NCBI GenBank assembly: GCA_050250895.1
Contig: JBFWNU010000001.1
Location: 2,884,891 to 2,948,890 of the forward strand
Direction of reading: 5' to 3'
Length of the DNA stretch: 64,000 nt
Origin: Vulcanimicrobiota bacterium
GTDB lineage: Bacteria; Vulcanimicrobiota; Xenobia; Xenobiales; JADMJV01
Positions 27,581-36,289 of this stretch are shown here, piece after piece (position 1 is the first letter of the stretch; every line of letters begins with the position of its first letter). A model generated the notes under the pieces. It was not told where the DNA came from. It did not search any database and was given only the letters and a program-made list of their open reading frames with translations. The translations under genes were made by a program, and so were the position numbers.

Positions 27581-29218
27581 CTACCGAAGGATGTGACGGG
27601 TTTCTCCATAGGACTCTGCAGCCATTCGCGGCAGAGCTTGCATCGTCTGAATGACCTTCTTCGAGCCCAGCACGAAGAGTTGCGAGCGGGCGCGACTGAC
27701 TCCGATGGCGGCCAACCGAAAGTCTCGCAACTTGGTCAGCCGGTCTTGCAACAGGAGCACGACATCAGACTCGAGTCCTTTGAAGCGGTGGACGGTTTCC
27801 ACCGTGACAGCATCCCTCGCTTCCATTCTACTCAACGGCCAACGGTGGACCGTCCGACCGACCAGAAAATCTCTAAGCGCGCGGGTCTGACAGAGTATGG
27901 CGACCTGATTAGCTGAAATCTCGTGCTCTTGGAGTTGCTGGAAGCGCGTTTCCAGTTGGGCCAGAAGGGCAGCATCGTCTTCGATGACAGAGAACTCGGG
28001 CTCCGGCCCCTCAACAGGCAGGGAGTCGTAGGCCCGCCGCTGCAGGGCCCCAACCAACCCGGCGACAGGACGGGTATTCCGACAGTTCACGGTGAGTTCG
28101 TAGGTAAACCCTTCGACCGGCGGTCGCCAGTCGTCGTCACGATAAATATTCTGATCGGTGTCGCCGAAGATGTAGAAGCGATCTTGTTTGAGTAGTTTCT
28201 CAAGGACCTCCCACCACAGGGGTAAGAAGTCCTGCGCCTCGTCGGCCACGATGGCGTCCACTTTGAACCCGTTCTGAGCTGCAGCGTGAGCGAGCAGCCT
28301 GGGGCATTCATCATTCCAAAAGGCGCTGTCGTTCGCCGCAGGGGTTGGCAGCCCAGCCTTCTTCATTTGCTCCACGGCCAGTCCGTGAAAGTGGACAGCC
28401 TGCACGCCTTTGAGGTGACGGGTGCGCTCGGCCAGATGACTTCCGAGCGGCTCGTTGTAACAGGTCAGGAGCACTTCGAGGCCTTCCTGTGCCAGGCGGC
28501 GCGCTTGCTCGATGGCCAGCACGGTCTTGCCGGTGCCCGCGCCACCAGTGACAAAGAATCGCCTATTGCGACGCAGACCATTCAGGACAAAGAATTGTTG
28601 CTCGGTCAGTACCATCTGTTGTCGGCCCACATCTTCGACCTGGACGGCGAGCAGTGGCGCGACAGAGCGACGGGGGGCCAGCAGATCGACCATGACATCG
28701 ACATGTTCCAGGGCCCGGCATCGACCCATCATCGCTATCAACTTCGGCTGGGGGTGTAGTAGATCGTCGCGAAGCCATACGACCTCGGACTTTTCCCGCG
28801 GGCCGAGTCGAGGCAGCGAAGACATGTCGGGAAACACCACGGCGTAGCAGCTCGGAAGCCTCGAGAGGTTGACGTGATTGCAGAGATGTCTGCGTAGCGT
28901 CTTCGACGCTACCATGGCCTGCTCGAACGGGTTCTTGATGGAGTGCCTCTGCTTATTGCGATTGACGCTGTACCATTGGCCCCGGTCTACCTCGATGCCA
29001 CCACCCTTCACCTCGAGCACGGCTAGACCGTGTTCAGGGTGGAGGATGACGAAGTCGGCCTCTCCGTCCTGTCCTTCGTCGAACCAGGCAACCGAGTGAA
29101 AGACGTGCCAGCCTGTGGGAAGCGCGCCCAACGCATCCCACACTTTACGCTCGGAATAGGGCCAATCGTTGCTGGTGGAAAGTGAGTTTCGAGTCGCCAC
29201 AACGAGTCTCTTCGGCAT
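27581..29218 (-). CDS. NERD nuclease fused to an SF1 (UvrD-like) helicase
   Basis: SE...GEADFVILHP...VLEVKGG...NPFEQA (NERD). GGAGTGKT, DEAQD, GDTDQ, NCRNT, TVHRFKGLE and GVSRAR (helicase). Confidence 0.9.
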   Translation of the reverse strand: MPKRLVVATRNSLSTSNDWPYSERKVWDALGALPTGWHVFHSVAWFDEGQDGEADFVILHPEHGLAVLEVKGGGIEVDRGQWYSVNRNKQRHSIKNPFEQAMVASKTLRRHLCNHVNLSRLPSCYAVVFPDMSSLPRLGPREKSEVVWLRDDLLHPQPKLIAMMGRCRALEHVDVMVDLLAPRRSVAPLLAVQVEDVGRQQMVLTEQQFFVLNGLRRNRRFFVTGGAGTGKTVLAIEQARRLAQEGLEVLLTCYNEPLGSHLAERTRHLKGVQAVHFHGLAVEQMKKAGLPTPAANDSAFWNDECPRLLAHAAAQNGFKVDAIVADEAQDFLPLWWEVLEKLLKQDRFYIFGDTDQNIYRDDDWRPPVEGFTYELTVNCRNTRPVAGLVGALQRRAYDSLPVEGPEPEFSVIEDDAALLAQLETRFQQLQEHEISANQVAILCQTRALRDFLVGRTVHRWPLSRMEARDAVTVETVHRFKGLESDVVLLLQDRLTKLRDFRLAAIGVSRARSQLFVLGSKKVIQTMQALPRMAAESYGETRHILR

Positions 29219-29354
29219 CGGGGACCAGGTTCCTTAGCTCGCAATCGTTGCGGTGGGCGGTTCACGCCTCCCAGTTGCTGCACTCGCTCCTCCAAAAGGA
29301 AGCTCGGGCCCGTCCCAGAAACCCCGAACAATCCATTCGAGGGGGTCCTCAATC

Positions 29355-30584
29355 GTGAAACGCTTTCTACTCCTCATCTTGCTCGCCGCTTGCCTGGCGG
29401 GCTGCGACAATAGTAGCGATGACTTCTTCGGCACACCGAGCAATCCGGTGTCAGCCCCGCAAGCCGTCAACGACGCTTACAACGGGCTCGGCAACGCTCC
29501 CCTCAGCGTGGCCCTCGCCCAGGGAGTCCTGGTCAACGACACCGTCCCAGCGCCCGTCACGGCCTTCCAGAACCCCAGCGCCCAGGGAGCCACCGTAGCC
29601 GTCAACGCCGACGGCTCGTTCACGTACACCCCGGTCAACGGCTTTCAGGGTGCGGACACGTTTACTTACACGACGACCAACTCCAGCGGTCAATCCACCG
29701 CCACGGTGACGCTCAATGTCGCCAACACGGCTCGCTTCGTCAATAACACCGCCGCCCCCGGCAATCCGGGCACCTTCGCCGCCCCCTTCAGCAGCTTGGC
29801 TGAAGCTCAAGCTAACTCCGTCCCTGGCGACACCATCTTCGTCTTTCGCGGCAATGGCAACCCCTACACCGGCATCACCCTTCAGAACAATCAGCGCCTC
29901 ATCGGTGAAGGCTCGGGCCTGGTGGTGGCTCGCCAGGACGTTCTGGCTCAGGGCACGGTCGTTCCCCAGGGCCCCTTCCCCATCATCGGCGGCACGGTCA
30001 TCATGGCCGACGGCTGCACCGTCCAGGGCCTCCATATCGGCGGATTCGCGGGGGACGGCATCACGTCGAACGGCGTGGATGGGACGATTGTGGGCAACGA
30101 GTTTGCCGATATCACGAACCCTGGGAACGTTGGGAACCAGGCTATGGACTTCGATCTCACTTCGGGAGCTTGGACGATTCAGGGGAACAATTTCGTAGAT
30201 ATTCAGGCCGGCGCCATCGTGGTTTCTGGGGCCCTTCTGTCAGGCACGGCAACCTATGTTTTTACAGACAATATTGCCAATAATACAGGCGCGATGGTCT
30301 TCTTCGGGGCAGCGGGTACGTCACAAATCCGGGCACAGGTGTCGCGGAATTCCATAGTTGGTGCAGTGGCCGTTGATTCCTTTAGCTTTGTGGCGGGCGA
30401 CCAGGCGACCTTGTGTTTGGACTTAGAGGGCAATTCAACCGACCAGATGTATAGCTTTGGAAACTCCGCGACATCGACGCTCAATGTTGAGCAGTTTGCA
30501 AGTTTGAATTCACTCAACAATGGGACCGGCAACATCGTTACCGGGACCATCACGGAGGTCGCCAATGGCTTTTGCAATTTCTAA
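29355..30584 (+). CDS. Lipoprotein with Ig-like (Big_9/cadherin-like) and beta-helix domains, copy 1
   Basis: GTG 29355, lipobox LAGC, PQAVNDAY...GVLVND...VNADGSFTYTP...DTFTYT, then a beta-helix cap GTFAAPFSSL...GDTIFV. Confidence 0.8.
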   Translation: MKRFLLLILLAACLAGCDNSSDDFFGTPSNPVSAPQAVNDAYNGLGNAPLSVALAQGVLVNDTVPAPVTAFQNPSAQGATVAVNADGSFTYTPVNGFQGADTFTYTTTNSSGQSTATVTLNVANTARFVNNTAAPGNPGTFAAPFSSLAEAQANSVPGDTIFVFRGNGNPYTGITLQNNQRLIGEGSGLVVARQDVLAQGTVVPQGPFPIIGGTVIMADGCTVQGLHIGGFAGDGITSNGVDGTIVGNEFADITNPGNVGNQAMDFDLTSGAWTIQGNNFVDIQAGAIVVSGALLSGTATYVFTDNIANNTGAMVFFGAAGTSQIRAQVSRNSIVGAVAVDSFSFVAGDQATLCLDLEGNSTDQMYSFGNSATSTLNVEQFASLNSLNNGTGNIVTGTITEVANGFCNF

Positions 30585-32092
30585 TTGGTGCCCTTCCACG
30601 TTAGCACGGCCGAACCATCCAGCATTTGGGCGTATCGATCCGTCCGGTTGAGGCTTAGGCTAAACACGTCAATCTGCGTAGCGTCGCCGGGCGTATGTTG
30701 GGCGAGTTGGCTCAAGAAGATGGCCCGCACACGCGCCAGTTCTTGCTGTCCTCTTAGCCTTTGAGTTAGGGGCAGATCCTGTGCTCGTCGGTAGAGGACG
30801 CCTTGATACTGTATATTCAGCAAAGACTCGTCCAGAACGTAGGTGGCCGCATCACCTCGCATCGATCCTGGCTCCACGGGAAAGAGACTAAGTGGAACTG
30901 ATGGAATCACGATTCCAACAATTCCGGATTGAGTGTGGTCGTCTTCCCCAATCATCACCTGACTAACCACCTCCATCTCGGTCAACTCCGGAGCGAGCAC
31001 CATGCGCACATCTCGCAACTCCATCGGGCGGGTGGTCTCCTTCGAGACCACCGCGCCGACGACCGTGACATCCGAAGCGGCGAAGCGGCCGCCGGAGTAG
31101 ACGAGGCCCTGAAAGCGCGAACTCACGCGGCCCTCGCCCTGAATGGTCACATCACCATCAGCCACCAGAGCGGTCATCGCCGACTCGGTCCGCATCGAGC
31201 CACGCACGACCACGTTGCCGGTGCACACGATGGCGCCGTGGCCGGTGATGTCGCCGTTGATGGTCAGGTCGCCATCGACCCACAGCAAGCCGTCGTCGAG
31301 GGCCAGGTCGCCGAGGCTCAGCGAGCCGAGATTGTAGCAGCGACCGGACACCTCGGAGTCACCCTGGTAGGCGTAGGCATAGTCGAGGGCGCGCGGGTCG
31401 AACTGGCCGGCACTGACCGACGGCAGCTCTTCGGGAGCGTGGTTCGCCAGCACCCTCCCAGCCGTCGACCGGGTCAGGGTGATCGAGCCCACCGCCTGGG
31501 CGTCTCCCAGCACTTCGCTGTCGCTGAGCACGGCACTGCCATTGGTGACCAGGTTGCCGGGGCGGCGGTCGTCTTCGTCGAGCCCGTCCTCGAGAGCGGC
31601 CAGACTATCCACCGAGAAGACCTCGAGGTTCGAGCCGTTCAGGGGCCCGGCGGCGGCCAGCGAGTAGGGGAAGGGCGGGAAGTGGATGTAGGCCTCGCGC
31701 ACGACCGTCTTGTTATTACAGCGTCCCACGGCTACCAGGTGGACGGTCTTGGCCGGCACCAGGGCTCGGTTGAAGCCCGAGCGTGAGCCGGCCGAGCGCA
31801 CGTTGTTGGTGGAGTAGGGCGCGTCACCCTCGGCGAAGGTGAGCGTGCCCAGCGCCTCGCGCGAGGGAGCGTAGTGTAGCTCGCCGGCGAAGTCGGCATC
31901 GGCCTTGAGTTCGCCGATGGCCTGGTAGATGACCGAGTCGGCGCACAGGCTCGCCTGGGCCCGATTTGCCTCGGCAGTGGTTACCTGCAGTTGGGTGGTC
32001 ATTCCGGCGGTGAGGGTGAAGATGAGCGTGGCCATCACCAGGGTGAACAGGATGACTCCGAGCAAAGTGTTTCCGGCGTGGTGTCTTTTCAT
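30581..32092 (-). CDS. PilX/GspK-like minor (pseudo)pilin with beta-solenoid body, copy 1
   Basis: Class III-like leader KRHHAG|NTLLGVILF without E5, and A..CADS..YQA. G-rich beta repeats. The stop overlaps the lipoprotein stop. Confidence 0.65.
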   Translation of the reverse strand: MKRHHAGNTLLGVILFTLVMATLIFTLTAGMTTQLQVTTAEANRAQASLCADSVIYQAIGELKADADFAGELHYAPSREALGTLTFAEGDAPYSTNNVRSAGSRSGFNRALVPAKTVHLVAVGRCNNKTVVREAYIHFPPFPYSLAAAGPLNGSNLEVFSVDSLAALEDGLDEDDRRPGNLVTNGSAVLSDSEVLGDAQAVGSITLTRSTAGRVLANHAPEELPSVSAGQFDPRALDYAYAYQGDSEVSGRCYNLGSLSLGDLALDDGLLWVDGDLTINGDITGHGAIVCTGNVVVRGSMRTESAMTALVADGDVTIQGEGRVSSRFQGLVYSGGRFAASDVTVVGAVVSKETTRPMELRDVRMVLAPELTEMEVVSQVMIGEDDHTQSGIVGIVIPSVPLSLFPVEPGSMRGDAATYVLDESLLNIQYQGVLYRRAQDLPLTQRLRGQQELARVRAIFLSQLAQHTPGDATQIDVFSLSLNRTDRYAQMLDGSAVLTWKGTN

Positions 32093-32131
32093 AGGTCCTA
32101 TCCTAGCGAGAAGTGAGCGGGCGTTCGGTGA

Positions 32132-33160
32132 TCATGGGCAAACTTGCGAGAGATTGGTCAGGGGCAGGGCCAGCTGGATGGCTAGAAAGCCCACGAACAG
32201 GCCCATTCCGGCCATGGCCACCGGCTCGATGGCGGCCATCAGGGTGGCGATGCGATAGTCGAGCTCTTCTTCGAGCAAGCGGGCGCAGCGCTCGAGCATG
32301 GCCTCGAGCTTGCCGCAGCGTTCGCCCGAGTCGACCATGGTCAACACCATCTTGGGCAGCTCGATGCGGGAGAGGGTCCGCGACAGGCTGGCTCCCTGGC
32401 CGATGGCCCGAAGGGCGGGCCGGGCGTGCGCCTCTAGCAGGGGGTCGGTCGTGGAACGAAGTGACGACCCCACTGCCTTATCGAGGCGCACGCCCACCCG
32501 GACCTGTAAGACCAGCCCTCGCACGAAGCGAAGGGCTCCCGCGGTGGCCAGCAGCTTGTTGAGATAGGGGACCCGATTGGCCAGTTGGCGCAGTCGGGTC
32601 CGCTGCTGGGTCAGGGTCTCGCGCAGGAAGTGGCGGGCCGGCCAGGCGATCAGCAGAGCCAGGGGCAGCAGCCAGGCGGCCCATTGCGACAGGGCCACCA
32701 GGTGCAGCATCGAGGCGGGCGGATTGGGCAGGCTCTGGGCCAGGCCCGAGAACAGCTGGCCGATGGAGAGAAAGATGAGCAGGGCCAGGGACATCACCAC
32801 CAGCGGATAGGCGAGCACTCCGAGCAGTCGGCGGCGCAGCTGGTCCTGGCTCTCTTCGTGGTCGGCCAGTTCATGCAGCACGCGCACCAGGCTGCCGGTC
32901 TCTTCGCCCATCATGAGCAGGCGCAGGTGAAAGTTGGAAAAGCAGCTCCGGTAACGGGCCAGAGCGTGGGACAGCGGCTGGCCGCAACGCACCAGCGCGG
33001 CCGAGCCCAGGCACACGGCCGAGAGCTGCTCGTCACCACTGGGCACGATGCCTTCCAGAGCCCGGTCGATGCGGACTCCCGAGTCGAGCATGGTGGCCAG
33101 CGAGCGAAAGAAGAGCGCCCGGGATTGGTGAGCGAGGTGGAGCTTGGTTTCGTTTGCCAT
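32132..33160 (-). CDS. Type II secretion system F / PilC family protein
   Basis: FFRSLATMLDSGV, GEETGSL, LAYP, GERCGKL and IEP: two GspF domains. Confidence 0.9.
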   Translation of the reverse strand: MANETKLHLAHQSRALFFRSLATMLDSGVRIDRALEGIVPSGDEQLSAVCLGSAALVRCGQPLSHALARYRSCFSNFHLRLLMMGEETGSLVRVLHELADHEESQDQLRRRLLGVLAYPLVVMSLALLIFLSIGQLFSGLAQSLPNPPASMLHLVALSQWAAWLLPLALLIAWPARHFLRETLTQQRTRLRQLANRVPYLNKLLATAGALRFVRGLVLQVRVGVRLDKAVGSSLRSTTDPLLEAHARPALRAIGQGASLSRTLSRIELPKMVLTMVDSGERCGKLEAMLERCARLLEEELDYRIATLMAAIEPVAMAGMGLFVGFLAIQLALPLTNLSQVCP

Positions 33161-33166
33161 AGCCAC

Positions 33167-33283
33167 ACTCTAGTCGAGGTGGCGCGAGTCGCTCAGTGAC
33201 TCCCCTGACCGTCGTCTTGTGAACTAGATCACAATTTGGCTCCGATGTCGATCACGGAAAGTCCGACGGCCGCAAGCTAGACT
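33167..33283. promoter_or_regulatory. Divergent promoter pair with central CRP-type palindrome TTGTGA-ACTAGA-TCACAA (33217-33234) and flanking half-sites
   Basis: Perfect TGTGA-N6-TCACA. Half-sites GTGA 33196 and TCAC 33252. -10 hexamers TAGAGT (minus, 33172) and TAGACT (plus, 33278). Confidence 0.75.
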
Positions 33284-33289
33284 GGGGCT

Positions 33290-33640
33290 ATGAAACGCAA
33301 TCGAGGATTTTCCACCCTGAACGAGGTTTTCGCGATGGCCGTGCTGGGGCTGACCTTATTCACCTTCTTGGCGATGTCGGGACGCATCTTCGCGGCCAGT
33401 CGAGAAGCCCGCCATCGGCAGGCGGCCCAGAGCATCCTGGACAAGGTGGTGGCCGAGGTCCGGGCCCAGCCAGCCGCCTATGCCGACGGGTCCACTCGAC
33501 TCGACCCGGTGACCCTGGATGGGACGGAGTATCGTCCCCGTCTGACCGTCTCGGGCGGGCCGCTCCGTGATGTGACGGTCACAGTGGAATGGGGCCAGGG
33601 AACCAGCCAAACTCGCTACTTTCGAGTGCTGGAGCCCTAG
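33290..33640 (+). CDS. Prepilin-like small protein
   Basis: KRNRG|FSTLNEVFAMAVLGL hydrophobic leader and a C-terminal VTVTVEW typical of PilV-like pilins. Confidence 0.75.
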   Translation: MKRNRGFSTLNEVFAMAVLGLTLFTFLAMSGRIFAASREARHRQAAQSILDKVVAEVRAQPAAYADGSTRLDPVTLDGTEYRPRLTVSGGPLRDVTVTVEWGQGTSQTRYFRVLEP

Positions 33641-33862
33641 AGTTGGGCTAGAAAGGCCTCGAGCGTCGGAGCAGCCGCGGCCGCTTCGGCCAGAGCGGAA
33701 AGGCGTTTCGGATCCGACAACTCGTCCAGGCGTTGCAGAGCCTCCTCGCCAACCTCAGGGAACCGGAGTTGGCGCACCAGCCGCTGCTTGGCCCGGCGAC
33801 GGCGGTTGCTATCGGGACCGCCGGTGCGCGTGTGGAGATGGGCGACGACGACCGGACCGAAG
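33637..33862 (-). pseudogene. Internally deleted third Rpn paralog
   Basis: The minus frame reads FGPVVVAHLHTRTGGPDSNRRRRAKQRLVRQL|RFPEVGEEALQRLDELSDPKRLSALAEAAAAAPTLEAFLAQL*, i.e. two non-adjacent Rpn segments joined in frame. Confidence 0.8.
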
Positions 33863-33992
33863 AGATTGTTAACTCTGGCGGAGCCCCCATGAAGGTTCCC
33901 CCGGTAGAGCGACGCGGCTGCGGCGTGCGGGTTCGGGGAACCTCAAGACCAAGAATACCAGCCGGACGGCCGGGCGTCGGTGAAATTTTCCC
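33858..33992. repeat. 135-bp repeat, copy 1 (Rpn upstream region)
   Basis: Near-identical to 35009-35143 and 36148-36282. Contains an AGGTTCCCC...GGGGAACCT inverted repeat and TGGTATTCT (extended -10-like) on the minus strand. Confidence 0.95.
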
Positions 33993-34952
33993 TCAGAGTT
34001 CGGCCAGAAAGGCGTCTATCGTCGGGGCGGTGGCAGCCTTTAGCGCCAGGGAGGATAGGCGCTCCCGGTCCGTCAATTCGTCGAGGCAGGACAGGGTCTC
34101 TTCGGCTACCTCGGGGAACCGGCCCATGAGGACTGTCCTGACGGCCTCTCTCAGACCCTCCGTCCGACCCTCGACCCGGCCCTGTTCCAGACCCTGTTCC
34201 AGGCCCTGCTGCAGGCCCTTCTTGATCCCGATTCTCTCGACGCTGGTGATGTAAGGCATGTTGTTCTTCCTCTCATAGATTTCTAGATTGTGCCAGAAGA
34301 CTCCCGCCTGGCGTTCTGACAGACGCAAGAACCAATCGATGAGCCGAAAGAGTTGGCGGATGTCCTTGCGGCTGAAGCCTGATTTGTGGAGCTGGCGCAC
34401 CAGCCGCTGCTTGGCCCGTTGTCGACGATCGCTATCCGGGCCACCGGTGCGCGTGTGAAGATGAGCGGCCACGACTGGGCCGAAGGGGTTCTTGCTCTGC
34501 TCAAGAGCCGGCAGGTCAGCGCGAAACTCCTCGAGTTTGACCACTGGAAAGTCGAGGCGGTGGCGGCAACCGAGCAACTCTTCCTGGTAGCTGTCGGGAC
34601 GCCAGGTCGGGCTAGGATCGCCCAGCACCACCAGGGTGCAGACGGGCAGACCAAGGCCCAGCCGGATGCGATAGTGGTAGTCAAAGAGGCGTTCGGGAAA
34701 ATCTTGCTTGGTCTGGTTTTGCACCTCGATGTGGATCAGGATGAGAGTGGCCATGCCGCCCGTCATCGTGACCTGCATCAGGACATCAACCCGGCGGGGG
34801 CCGGCCGCCGGACTGAGCAGCTCGGTCTCTTTCACCTGCCAACCGAGGCTCCAGTCGATGGCCAGGTACACCTCGGGAAAGAGCAGTTCGAGGAACTGGG
34901 GAAAGTAGACGTGCAGCGCCTCTTTCCAGGGGGAGTCGTATTCCTGTGCCAC
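33993..34952 (-). CDS. Rpn family recombination-promoting nuclease / putative transposase, copy A
   Basis: YDSPWKEAL, RRVDVL, LIHIEVQ (PD-(D/E)XK), MPYITSVERIG and GLEQ repeats. GGAGG before the GTG start. Confidence 0.9.
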   Translation of the reverse strand: MAQEYDSPWKEALHVYFPQFLELLFPEVYLAIDWSLGWQVKETELLSPAAGPRRVDVLMQVTMTGGMATLILIHIEVQNQTKQDFPERLFDYHYRIRLGLGLPVCTLVVLGDPSPTWRPDSYQEELLGCRHRLDFPVVKLEEFRADLPALEQSKNPFGPVVAAHLHTRTGGPDSDRRQRAKQRLVRQLHKSGFSRKDIRQLFRLIDWFLRLSERQAGVFWHNLEIYERKNNMPYITSVERIGIKKGLQQGLEQGLEQGRVEGRTEGLREAVRTVLMGRFPEVAEETLSCLDELTDRERLSSLALKAATAPTIDAFLAEL

Positions 34953-35008
34953 GCAGACCTCCAGTGAGCGGATCTGGGTGGCTTCTACGACCTCCGGGCG
35001 GCTCCCGT

Positions 35009-35143
35009 CGAAGAGATTGTTAACTCTGGCGGAGCCCCCATGAAGGTTCCCCCGGTAGAGCGACGCGGCTGCGGCGTGCGGGTTCGGGGAACCTCAAGAC
35101 CAAGAATACCAGCCGGACGGCGGGGCGTCGGTGAAATTTTCCC
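35009..35143. repeat. 135-bp repeat, copy 2
   Basis: Direct repeat of 33858-33992. Confidence 0.95.
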
Positions 35144-36091
35144 CTACAGTTCGGTCAGGAAGTCATCAACCGTTGGCGCTGTAGCGGCTTTGAGAGCTAG
35201 GGCGGACAGACGCTCTTGGTCGGTTAGCTCGTCGAGGCAGGACAGGGTCTCTTCGGCTACCTCGGGGAACCGGCCGATGAGGACTGTCCTGACGGCCTCT
35301 CTCAGACCCTCCGTCCGACCCTCGACCCGGCCCTGTTCCAGGCCCTGCTGCAGGCCCTTCTTGATCCCGATTTTCTCGACGCTGGTGATGTAAGGCATGT
35401 TGTTCTTCCTCTCATAGATTTCTAGATTGTGCCAGAAGACTCCCGCCTGGCGTTCTGACAGACGCAAGAACCAATCGATGAGCCGAAAGAGTTGGCGGAT
35501 GTCCTTGCGGCTGAAGCCTGATTTGTGGAGCTGGCGCACCAGCCGCTGCTTGGCCCGTTGTCGACGATCGCTATCCGGGCCACCGGTGCGCGTGTGAAGA
35601 TGAGCGGCCACGACTGGGCCGAAGGGGTTCTTGCTCTGCTCAAGAGCCGGCAGGTCAGCGCGAAACTCCTCGAGTTTGACCACTGGAAAGTCGAGGCGGT
35701 GGCGGCAACCGAGCAACTCTTCCTGGTAGCTGTCGGGACGCCAGGTCGGGCTAGGATCGCCCAGCACCACCAGGGTGCAGACGGGCAGACCAAGGCCCAG
35801 CCGGATGCGATAGTGGTAGTCAAAGAGGCGTTCGGGAAAATCTTGCTTGGTCTGGTTTTGCACCTCGATGTGGATCAGGATGAGAGTGGCCATGCCGCCC
35901 GTCATCGTGACCTGCATCAGGACATCAACCCGGCGGGGGCCGGCCGCCGGACTGAGCAGCTCGGTCTCTTTCACCTGCCAACCGAGGCTCCAGTCGATGG
36001 CCAGGTACACCTCGGGAAAGAGCAGTTCGAGGAACTGGGGAAAGTAGACGTGCAGCGCCTCTTTCCAGGGGGAGTCGTATTCCTGTGCCAC
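35144..36091 (-). CDS. Rpn family nuclease, copy B (tandem duplicate)
   Basis: Essentially identical to copy A except for one fewer GLEQ repeat, two substitutions and a diverged last ~85 nt. Confidence 0.9.
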   Translation of the reverse strand: MAQEYDSPWKEALHVYFPQFLELLFPEVYLAIDWSLGWQVKETELLSPAAGPRRVDVLMQVTMTGGMATLILIHIEVQNQTKQDFPERLFDYHYRIRLGLGLPVCTLVVLGDPSPTWRPDSYQEELLGCRHRLDFPVVKLEEFRADLPALEQSKNPFGPVVAAHLHTRTGGPDSDRRQRAKQRLVRQLHKSGFSRKDIRQLFRLIDWFLRLSERQAGVFWHNLEIYERKNNMPYITSVEKIGIKKGLQQGLEQGRVEGRTEGLREAVRTVLIGRFPEVAEETLSCLDELTDQERLSALALKAATAPTVDDFLTEL

Positions 36092-36147
36092 GCAGACCTC
36101 CAGTGAGCGGATCTGGGTGGCTTCTACGACCTCCGGGCGGCTCCCGT

Positions 36148-36282
36148 CGAAGAGATTGTTAACTCTGGCGGAGCCCCCATGAAGGTTCCCCCGGTAGAGC
36201 GACGCGGCTGCGGCGTGCGGGTTCGGGGAACCTCAAGACCAAGAATACCAGCCTGACGGCTGGGCGTCGGTGAAATTTTCCC
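36148..36282. repeat. 135-bp repeat, copy 3
   Basis: Direct repeat of 33858-33992. Confidence 0.95.
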
Positions 36283-36289
36283 CCGCCGG

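Noticed and set aside
25932-31824. Short gene-fragment repeats as DGR template/variable repeats
   Set aside because: Mismatches in the 77-bp pair are not confined to adenines on either strand, and no reverse transcriptase is present in the window.
33993-36091. Rpn genes as IS transposases
   Set aside because: No terminal inverted repeats or target duplications are seen; this family is a PD-(D/E)XK nuclease not shown to transpose.
33858-36282. 135-bp repeats as integron attC sites or CRISPR repeats
   Set aside because: They are too long for CRISPR, the intervening DNA is duplicated genes rather than unique spacers, there is no RYYYAAC...GTTRRRY pairing bounding the unit, and there is no integrase or cas gene.
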